This document shows, piece after piece, positions 1 to 10,450 of a stretch of 60,000 nucleotides of DNA. Below the pieces are notes generated by a model. It did not search any database and was not told where the DNA came from. It saw only the letters and a list, made by a program, of their open reading frames with translations. The stretch lies in the NCBI RefSeq assembly GCF_037042905.1, contig NC_087250.1:9426001-9486000 (forward strand), read 5' to 3'. A program made the position numbers and the translations under genes. Position 1 is the first letter of the stretch; each line of letters begins with the position of its first letter. The stretch comes from Lytechinus pictus (Eukaryota).

Positions 1-280
1 AATCATATGACAAACGATTTATCAATGATATAATGTTGTGAAACCTCTGTACTTGTCCTCTCATAAAGAGAACACCTCACCTTGTGATAGACTCTATAAA
101 AATTAGAATATAAGTGAAATAAGTACTAAAGTAATGAGGGAGTTGTACGTGTGTGACATCACAGATCTTGGTCGCATTGCCAATGGGAGGATCTACATGG
201 CATTATTGATCTCGACATTCAAATGCTCAAATGCTCTTCTATTGCTAGTCCTATTTTACTCAAACTTTTGTTGATCTTAT
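1..280. mobile_element. Partial copy of the TTAA-AGG (Kolobok/T2-like) MITE family
   Basis: Near-identical to 3345-3550, then to the reverse complement of 3150-3235. Confidence 0.8.
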
Positions 281-1994
281 GTATCTAATGTATTACTTTA
301 TTTTAAGTATTTCTATTTATTATGCTGGTGTTATTTGTTGTTGTTTTCTGGTTTTATAGTTGTTTTATTTGTATGGTATATGCATTGTTTTACTCTTTTT
401 ATAATGAATTGAATTGAATTGAATTTATTAGAACTTCACTGGCAATTGCCAGTATTTTGTTCATAACAAGAAGTACAAAATGATACAAGACAAATATACA
501 ATGCAAGGAATATAAGCAAATAAACAAAAACAAAATAGTATTTCGTCAAAAAGAAAAAAAAGAAAAAAGAAACAACTTGTAAATTATATACAAATATACA
601 CAATAAACATAGGAATCATTCGGATAGATATTTTGACAATGAATATAGAGACTGATATCCAAGAAAAGATAAAGAAAACATAAAGAAAGTGAGAGAGGAA
701 AGGGAAATAAAGAGGGAAGCAGTTCGAAAATGGAGAGAGCGGGAAAGAGAGGAAGAATGAGAAGAATGGCATTACATGTAAATTCATTGTGTAAAAATAT
801 TGCGAATATATCACTTCAAAGTGTTTACCGGTTGATATTTTTAGTACTTAGAAATGTATACCATTGTAATATGTTTGTATTTTAACAGGGCTCTCTCGTA
901 AAACAGTTTTGTACTGAAGAGACCACCCAGGGTTAAAAAAAAATAAAAAAAATAAATAAATCATCATCAGTGATACACCAGACCGATAAGAAAGGCTCTC
1001 GGACATTAACAGAGTGAAATTCTTAGTTACACTTGAAATAAGTTTTGTTTAATAGAGCATGGGTCCTATTAGTAGGATCCATGGTTAGAGCAAAGTAATT
1101 CAAGGGAAAATATACGGACTTCATCTTCATGTGGGTTTTTTGTGGGTTTTTTGCTTTTTAGTGGGTCCCTCCATTTCCATCTTAATTTAATTTCTATTGA
1201 AAAATAGTATACTTATTTAAAACCTACAATGTGTTGCCCAAATTGTCTAAGTGTTTTTTTTTTTTCACAACATATGTATCATTATTTTCTTTTTTTGCAA
1301 CCTATACAAATATTTATGTTTATATATGGTGTACAATTTATGTATGTACAATTGATGGAAGTGAAATAAATAAATTTGAATTTGAATTTGAATTTGATAA
1401 TGATAAAATGATAAATGACATCCCATTGTGCTTTCTCTAACTCATCACAACAGTCATAACCTCATATACAGGCAAGGCATTTTTATAAAAAATAAACAAA
1501 AGCATGATGAAATTAAATGATAAAAAATGAGTAAGTCTTCGAAAATGGGGAAAAACTAGGATACAAGTTTCGTATTGTAGTTGGAAGTTAAGACTTATCT
1601 AGCATAGACATGATAGAGGTGTTTGGAATACATGGTTGAAAAGAATTATGACATTATGGAGTTAACTGCCGCATAAATTTATAGTCATAACCGCCCCCCC
1701 CCCCCCGAGATAAAAGGTAGAATATTAACATAACAATAATAACTGTGATAATAATATTGAAAATAATGATAATGAATAAAAAGATAAAGTAAGGAATACA
1801 ATGAAAAATAAAGAAAAAAAATAACAAAAAAAATTAACAATATATAAACGTTCATCACAACGCACATAATTCGAAAAAAATATGAAGTGAAGTTCAGGCA
1901 ATGATAAATTTAAGCATGTCTGAAAACCAAAATCAATAAACAAATAAACCTCATAAAATGTTACATCATGAAGCCTACAAGATCGTATCGGACA

Positions 1995-2242
1995 CACTGC
2001 AAACACTCCGGTGTTGATTTAACACCAGCCCGGGATCTATACAATATATGTCCACACCAGAGAAGTATTGAAATAACACCAGCTTGGAATCAAACCGATG
2101 CTGTTTTAATACTAATTGGTGTTGTGTAAACACCTATCTGGTGTTAGATCAAAACGAAACTGGTGTTGTTTAGCACTTCTCTGGTGTGGACATATATAGA
2201 TTCCGGGCTGGTGTTAAATCAACACCAAAAGTTTTTGCAGTA
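1995..2242. mobile_element. Hairpin MITE with CACT-like end
   Basis: ~90-bp imperfect inverted arms (ggtgttgatttaacaccagcccgg..atatgtccacaccagagaagt). Confidence 0.65.
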
Positions 2243-3090
2243 CAGGGGGTGAAAACCGTGATACCGCCAATCTCTATAACATGGGGGAGGTCAGAAACAC
2301 ACTTGGAGGAAGGATTCGTGTCTGAGTTCATGACTATAGGAAAATAAAATGGCACTAGAAGGAAGTGGCGTACAGAAATTTTTTTTTTGAGGGGGCTCAA
2401 TATGACGTATTGCGTAAAATTTATAAGAAGTTGCGAGCGAGCGAAGCGACCCAGAACACAAATTGGCAGTTTTTTTATACAATTCAAGTTTGTGAGAGAT
2501 TTTGACACAATATTCAGAAAATAATATCGTATTTCACCGTTATCCCTTCCCTCTTCTCTCCTTTTTTCTATTTCGTGAAATATTTGGAGGGGGCAAGAGC
2601 CCCCCCCCCCCCATCTGTACACCCATGTTTAAAGGTCAGAAATGCATTTGGAGAAATTGAGACAAGGATTCGTGTCTGAGATGAAGATTATAAGATGATA
2701 AAATGGCACTAGCTGTAGCAAATCGCTTTAGATTCGGATTTTCTAGGTCTGTAAACAATCCGAAATCTTCTTTATTTGTTCTTCTTTGTTTGAAAAGAAA
2801 ATGAAATAGCTGATTCCCCGAGTTCTTCAGGAAACGTCGAAACGCTTCGATTCGTGATTATTGTATTTTTGTTCTATTTCACTGGACTCATGAGAGAAGA
2901 CCTAATGTAAAAAAAAAAGAAATTAAAATTGTTGATTCCGCGATTTCATCGGATAATCCGAAACAGCTCGAGTCATGATTATTGCATTTCGTTCTATTTC
3001 ATTTGACTCAGAATACACCGAACTCAAGTAGTATGATACATGTATCGATGGAGGGGGTTTCACTATAGCTCGTGGAATCGTTTGCGATCA

Positions 3091-3683
3091 TTAAAGGAGA
3101 ATGAAACTCTTGGAGCAAGTTAGCTTTTGTGAAAGCAGAAAAATCAAAGAATAAGATCAACAAAAGTTTGAGTAAAATAGGACTAGCAATAGAAGAGCAT
3201 TTGAGCATTTGAATGTCGAGATCAATAATGCTATGGAGATCCTCCCATTGGCAATGCGACCACGATCTATGATGTAACAGATGAACAACTCTCCCCTTTT
3301 GGACACTGAAAATATACCCCAAAACATCTCTTTTTGCTCATTCTAATCATATGACAACCGATTTATCAATGATATAATGTTGTGAAACCTCTGTACTTGT
3401 CCTCTCATAAAGAGAACACCTCACCTTGTGATAGACTCTATAAAAATGAGAATATAAGTGAAATAAGTACTAAAGTAATGAGGGAGTTGTACGTGTGTGA
3501 CATCACAGATCTTGGTCGCATTGCCAATGGGAGGATCTACATGGCATTAGTGATCTCAATATTCAAATGCTCATAACTTTCTTATTATTCATTCAATCTT
3601 CCTCAAACTTTCAACAATATGTTTCTTTGATTTTTCTCTTTGATATGGATTCAGCTGGTTTCAAGGGTTTCATTCTCCTTTAA
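3091..3683. mobile_element. MITE, TTAA-AGGAGAATGAAAC termini (Kolobok/T2-like)
   Basis: TIR ttaaaggagaatgaaac / gtttcattctcctttaa with long imperfect inverted arms; other copies at 25961 and 41740. Confidence 0.88.
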
Positions 3684-5429
3684 TTGGGTACAATATATGT
3701 TGCACAAAAGCAGTCGCTCCACCAATATTATTGTGTCATGAGCTTAACTGAATTCAACCCCATCGCGCAAGCCAAAACCAATATCACACGTGCTACCTAT
3801 ATATATTAATGTAAAGGTATCCGTATTATCATATTTGGAATTATGTATATCAATCTTAAAGAATAACAATAATCTTTGAAACCTGATAGAGACGTCTGCG
3901 TTAATGATGGATGTAAAGTGGTCACTAAGACAATGCAAAAGATAATAAAATGGCACTAGCTCTAACAAATCGCATTACATTCATTTTTTTGGAGGGGAGG
4001 GCTTTTTGTAGCCCCCTCCACCCCGCCCCCACAATCTGTATGCCATGCACTGCAGTTAAATACTCACTACTGACTCTGTACCCGATCGCGAAAAAGTATA
4101 TCAAGTGTCACCTTATATAGATCACTGTAAAAGTGTGCGTATTATTATTTCATGCATGATTGTTTCCTCAAAATCTAATACTAATCTTTAAAACCCGATA
4201 ACGATGTCTGTGATATAAATGGATTTGTTATGGTCCCTATAAAAGATAATAAAAGTCACTGGCTGTAATAAATCGCATTCGATTCGGATTTTGCTTGATC
4301 AGTAATCAATTCGAATTATTCTTTTCGAAGTCCTTTATAAACATAAACAAAATGGCTGGCCTTGATCAGTTGATGTGAAAAGAAAACATAAAAGTTGATG
4401 TCATGCATGATTTCAGCGGAAAATCCGAAACGGTTCGAATCGTGATCAATTAATTTTCATTCTATTTCATTGGAGTCTTTAAAAAGGGGCATCGAAAAAT
4501 ATCCCAAACTCAACAAGTATATAGCAGTAAAACAGTGATGTGATGATAAAAACAAGTGGAACGCCTCTGGCAATCTCGCCTGCATTACGAAATTCGATGT
4601 AGCAGCAGTGCTGCCTTTGAAAACGGTGCCAGGTAAAAATGGCAGAGGTAAAAATGGCAGAGGTAAAAATGGCAGAGGTAAAAATGGCAAAGGTAATAGT
4701 GGCAGAGGTAAAAATGGCAGAGGTAAAAATGGCAGAGGTAAAAATGGCAAAGGTAAAAATGGCAAAGGTAAAAATGGCAGAGGTAAAAATGGCAGAGGTA
4801 ATAATGGCAGAGGTAAAAATGGCGGAGTTAAAAATGACATGCTACAGCAACAATAAGGAAAAGAGAGGGAGCCTTTTGACCTTGAACGGACTCTTGTCGA
4901 TGAAATGAGCTTTATGAACTAATTATGTATTATTTGTCTTGTTTTTCATCATTATATTAGGTTTATTATTTATCGTTGAAATTTCTTGCCAAATGTTTTT
5001 CAATCAGTGAGTAATAAAAGGATTTATCTTGGCCATGTTCGCAAGTAGAACAGCGCTTCACATGCAAACGCAACGATTTTAATCATGTTAATGTAAAAAC
5101 ACCAATATGCGCTGCCATTAACCCACTGAAATATACAAGTTTGAGATCACACTTGCATAAATTGGATAACAGAAAAATAACAAACATTCAGATTTTGTAA
5201 TAAAAAATAATTTTCTTTACTTCCACATCATAATAAATCCGAGTAGATATAAATATGACACATTGTTTAAGGTAAATGATGCAATTATAGCAATTATTGT
5301 TCGGTGTTTTAAGTAATAACTCGTTGCAGCCAGTCCAAGTGATTGTCAGGTTCCCAAACAAGTTTCTATGATACGGATACCACATAAATTTGGAAATGTG
5401 TAGCGAATAAAATGTATGGGTGTTTCTTA

Positions 5430-5622
5430 CACTCTTAAAAATGTTGGGCAACATACTGTCCACACAACAATTGGTTAAAACTTTATCCAATTCTTGGCAG
5501 TTTTAAACCAATAATGTGCTTTGGGTGAAAACCACACAGTATTGGTTGAAAACTACCCAGAGTTGGATAATTTTTTTAACCAATTGTTGTGTGGACAGTA
5601 CTTTGACTGACATTTTAAGAGG
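5430..5622. mobile_element. Small hairpin MITE inside the foldback element
   Basis: tactgtccacacaacaattggttaaaa / ttttaaccaattgttgtgtggacagta. Confidence 0.6.
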
Positions 5623-5732
5623 AGGGGTGTTTCGCTCTGATGAATAGTTGTAAAAATTGCAGAAAAATATATTTGTGAAGGTTTTAGGAAAATCCATTAA
5701 ATATTAAGAAAGTTATTAGAAGTTTTTGATCT

Positions 5733-5734
<2 letters not shown>

Positions 5735-5780
<46 letters not shown>
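5735..5780. repeat. (TA)n microsatellite
   Basis: Directly visible. Confidence 0.9.
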
Positions 5781-7014
5781 GTTTATAGTTAGCTGGGTAG
5801 TTTTCAACCAATACTGTGTAGTTTTCAAAAATGTACGATAATATACGAACACCTGCAATATATTCTATGCACTGTAAAATGTATACTTTACAATATTTTA
5901 ATGGTTCATGATTGCTAAAAAAATTCTTTAAGGAGCGGATGTAAAATGATTTGTCTGTTGATATACCGAAGGACAATAAAAAACCGTCTTCATTTTTTGT
6001 ATAGAAAATTACATATCATTGTTTTTTTTATCACACCATATATGGGAAAGCTGCTCGCAAATGACGTCAACATTCACTTATAAATTATAATAGTTTCTTT
6101 TAAGTCTTGGATGGATTTTAAAAAAAGTCACCAATATCATTTTAATGATTTTTTCCTATTTTTACAATAAACTTTAAGCAAGGGTGAACTTCCCCTTTAA
6201 TGAATTAAGTACAATACTTGGGATCCAAAGTGTGCCTCAAATTTGAATATTAGTAGAGCGATTTGACACAAGAAGGCCAAAGTACATGTAAGTCCAGGAC
6301 AAGGGTTGGGAATTTGATGCAGACGATCTATCCATGATTTTTAAATCATGGATAGATCGTCTGCATCAAATTCTGTTCCTCTGCCATTTTTACCTCTGCC
6401 ATTTTTACCTCTGCCATTTTTACCTTTGCCATTTTTACCGTTGCCATTTTTACTTCTGTCATTTTTACGTCTGCCATTTTTTCTCTGCCATTTTTACCTT
6501 TGCCATTTTTACCTCTGCCATTTTTACCTCTGCCATTTTTACCTTTGCCATTTTTACCTCTGCCATTAGTTGTTACCCTTTCCATTAGTCCAACATTTAA
6601 ATTTTAGTGGTCTTCTCACAACCTTTCCTATTTAATCTATGTATATGCGGGGGCTTTTTGACAATTTATTGCATGGGGGTTTAAGACCAGCCATTTATAC
6701 CTCTGTCATTTTTACCCCTGCCACTTTTACCGTTGCCATTTTTACCTTTGCCATTTTTACCTTTGCCATTTTTACCTCTGCCATTTTTACTTTTGCCATG
6801 TTTACCTTTGCCATTTTTACCTTTGCCATTTTTTTCCTCTGTCATTTTTACCTCTGCCATTTTAACCTTTGCCATATTTACCTCTGCCATTTTCACCTCT
6901 GCCATTTTTTCTCTGCCATTTTTACCTTTGCCATATTAACCTCTGCCATTTTTACACCGAGCCTTGAAAACAGCTAATTAATAAGTATTCACAGAAGAAA
7001 ACACTAACAGACTA

Positions 7015-8154
7015 ATATGATAATAAAATATTATGTCCATTCACCCAAAATGACCTTTGACCGTGATCATGTGACCTAAGACATGTGCAAAACAATCATT
7101 CATACTTGATTACCCTTATGTCAATGTTTCATGAGCTATAATTTTTTTTAAGTTATGATGCCAATTCAACACTAGTCCTTTGCCAGAACTGTTCTACTTT
7201 TCAGTTGATCAATAACACAATCCTCGACCTCTACGCCCGAAATGAAAACAGCCCCACGATTTCCTACCCTCATCACATTGGTGAGGGGCGTGAAAGAGGG
7301 GATAGCGCGATCACTGGAGATGGCGCGCATGGGAGAATAAAGCAAGGGGAGAGAAATAACAAGTACACCGACGTCTAGAATCTAGAATAATTCAACACAT
7401 ACTTCCAACACTGCCAGAGGTCATTAACCTTTCAATGACCTTTGATCTTGGCCATGTTCCTGAAACACGCACAGGGTATTCGGGGATACATTGCTACTCT
7501 TATGTCCAAGGTTCATGAACTTTTAAAGTTATGATGATAATTCCTCAAATACCCGCAACATGGCTAAAGTTCGTTGACCCTAAGTGACCTTTGACCTCGG
7601 TCTTGTCACCTGAAACTTGCACATGATACTTAGGGATACAAGTTTGCACTTATGTCCAACTTTCATGAACTAGATCCATTAACTTTTAAGTTATGATGAC
7701 AATTCAAAAAAAAAAAACATAGCCAAAATCAGTTGTTGACACTAAGTGACCTTTGACCTCAACCTGAAACTCAGACAGGACCTTCAGTGAAACACTATTA
7801 CCCTTATGTTTACGATTTATGAACTAGGTCCTTACACTTTTTAAGTTATGACAACATTTCAAAAACATAACCTTGGTTCAGATTCCGATATCGATTTCCC
7901 CAACATGGTCTAAGTTCATTGACCCTAAATGACCTTTGACCTTGGTCATGTGACCTGAACTTCAAGCAGGATGTTCATTAATATTTGATTACCCTTATGT
8001 CCAAGTGTCATGAACAAGGTTCATATACTTTCTTAGTTATGATGACATTTCAAAAACATAGCCTTGGTCAAGATTTCAATGTTGACGACGCCACGCCGCC
8101 GTCAGTATAAAGCGGCGCCTATAGTCTCGCTCTGATATGCAGGCGAGACAAAAA
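7015..8154 (+). mobile_element. Element with internal ~150-185-bp tandem TGACCTTTGACC units and 3' hairpin (Helentron/HINE-like)
   Basis: tgacctttgacc at ~7031, 7437, 7586, 7747, 7930; 3' stem-loop gtctcgc..gcgagac followed by A-run. Confidence 0.55.
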
Positions 8155-9602
8155 TGAGGGAGCCAGGTATGGCGTATTAGGCCAAATTTATCTCAAGTTG
8201 CGAGGAGCGAAGTGAGCGAGCAACACTTTTTTTTACATTGTTATTACAAAAATCAAATTTTATGATAGATTTTGACACAGCATTGAGAACAATAGCATCA
8301 TATTTCACCCTTCTCTCTTATCTTATCTTTTCTTTTCTCTTTTTTTTGTTTTATTTTTTGTAAAAAACAAATCAGAGCCAACGCCCCAAGACCCCCCCCC
8401 CCATCACCCTTCACCCGATAGCAAAAAAAGTATCATTTTTATATATCACTATGCGAGTAGGCGTATTATTATTTTTGCATGAGTTAGATGTATTTAAAGA
8501 TAATACCAATCTTTGAATTCCGATAGAAATGTCTGTTTTAGCAATGGATGCAACTTGGTCCAATAAAAGATTTAAATAAATTTAAAAAAACGAATGGCAC
8601 TGCCTGTAACAAATCGCATTAGATTCGGGGCTTCAGTAAACTATTCGAATTGTTCTTTTCGGAGTCCTTTATGAAAAAAAAAAACTGTTGGCCTTGATTA
8701 TTGATGCATGGCCGTATGCAATGGGGGGGGGGGGCGCAGGGGGCGGCCCCCCGGAAACTTTGAAAACCTACATTTTTCGTACTCTACTTTTTCAGTAAAC
8801 AATTATAATTCTTCTTTTCGAAATCCTTTATGGACATATATAACGCTCTTGGTGTAAAAAGCAAATGAAATTGTTGATTTCATGCATGATGTCATCGGAA
8901 AATCCGAAACGGCTCGATTCATGATTAGGCCTGCTCTATTTCGTACGATTTCATTTGACTCTTAAAAAAAAGGTCATCCCCCGTCTTACCCCAAACTCAG
9001 TATATAGCAGTATAATATTCTCCACTGATCCTTCACCCCATCACAAAAAACACAAAAACAAAAACAAAAATATATCAACTTATATAGATCACTGTAAAAT
9101 GACGCGTATTATCTTTTTTTTTTTGCATGAGTTATAAAGATTAAAAGAGAATGCTAAGTGATAGTGGATGCCATGTGATCCCTAATTTTTTAGTGCAGAT
9201 GACTTTGATATCACCAAAAAAACACTGTAACTGTTCCAATTCTTTCTAATAATATGAATGCTACCTGTAGATAGCTGTTCAATTTTTTTTAAGCACGTTG
9301 TATATATCAAATTGTATATTTCAAATACCCTTTTTCATATTATTATAACACAATTTTGAAAAAAGTATTTGAAATTGAAAATGAAAGATTGAACAATAGT
9401 TGTTGAAGTGATGGGCTTAAACTACGAGCTTATAATTTTAAACAGCGTTATTCTTACCATGGACCTAGTCCATGTTCTTACAGACTGAGTTCATTAGATT
9501 TCGACAAGGTTTATTATTTCATCATTTCCGTCTTATTGTTTCAGTACAATCCAAATTCAGTTTCATTCAGACTTCAAGTTGAGAACACTGGTGTATTTTT
9601 TA

Positions 9603-10225
9603 GGGTGTATTTCCAATTGGTCTAATGCCAATTAGTCCAATGACCATCTCGTCTACTATCATTTGGTCTACCATCAGTTCGTCCACTATCCACGTGGTCT
9701 AATTGCCATTTCGTCCACTCACCACTTCATCTAATAACCAGTTGGTCCAATAGCTATTTAGTCCATATACCATTCGGTCTAATTGGACTAAGTGTTAATT
9801 GGCCGAAATGAATGAAAAGAAAATTATTACACCAACTGTTTATGAGACGAATTGGTCAAAGACGAAATGGTCATAGGCGAACTGGTGGTTAGACGAAGTT
9901 GGACCAAATGTTTTTTTTTAATTCAGTTTATTGACCATTAAAAAGACATCAAAATATTTACAAAAATAACATGAACCAAACAAACTAATTCAAAATATAA
10001 CAGGTTACAAATTACTTAATGGTCAGGACCCCTAAGAAGCAAGACTGCTTATATAGCCGGGGCCCTACAAATACACAAATAACATAACCGGGAAAAAAAA
10101 AAGGTTTATTAGACCAATTGGCTGCTTAACGCAATGTTGATGGACGGGATGGCATTAGACCAACTGAAGGAAGGTAGGTAATGTGATCGTGGACGAGTTG
10201 GCAGTAGTTAAATCGGCAATTAACC
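9603..10225. mobile_element. Degenerate foldback-type element with inverted ~15-bp repeat arrays
   Basis: Left units like cca(t/g)tt(c/g)gtc(t/c)a, right units like tagac(g/c)aa(a/c)tgg; interrupted at ~9910-10110. Confidence 0.55.
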
Positions 10226-10450
10226 TTTTTAGTACCATTAATATCATTCTCATCTATGAGTTACGTTAATATAGCTGGCACGGGCTGGGGAATTGGCAAA
10301 ACTGCCAGAGAGGTCAAAGGCAGTACCACTACTATAGCCGTTTATCGGGATTTAATTATATTGATTCAATCTCCTCATTCGTGCGGGATATTTCCTACAA
10401 AATTCTGTTGCATTATACTAAATTTCATTTAAGCGATAGATAAGGAGGAT

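Larger units (their letters stand above)
4625..6963. mobile_element. Foldback (TU-like) non-autonomous transposon with inverted arrays of 15-bp repeats
   Basis: (AAAAATGGCAGAGGT)n at ~4630-4835, reverse-complement arrays at ~6379-6568 and ~6690-6955; GG..CC ends flanked by direct repeat TTGAAAAC (4617-4624, 6964-6971). Confidence 0.8.

Noticed and set aside
3382..3576. 64-aa ORF MKPLYLSSHKEN... repeated at 41847 and 42228
   Set aside because: GTG-started chance ORF inside a non-autonomous MITE arm; no transposase motif.
4457..6977. GKNGR / MAEVK / LPLPF repeat ORFs
   Set aside because: All frames of a 15-bp repeat array belonging to the foldback element; no splice or start context.
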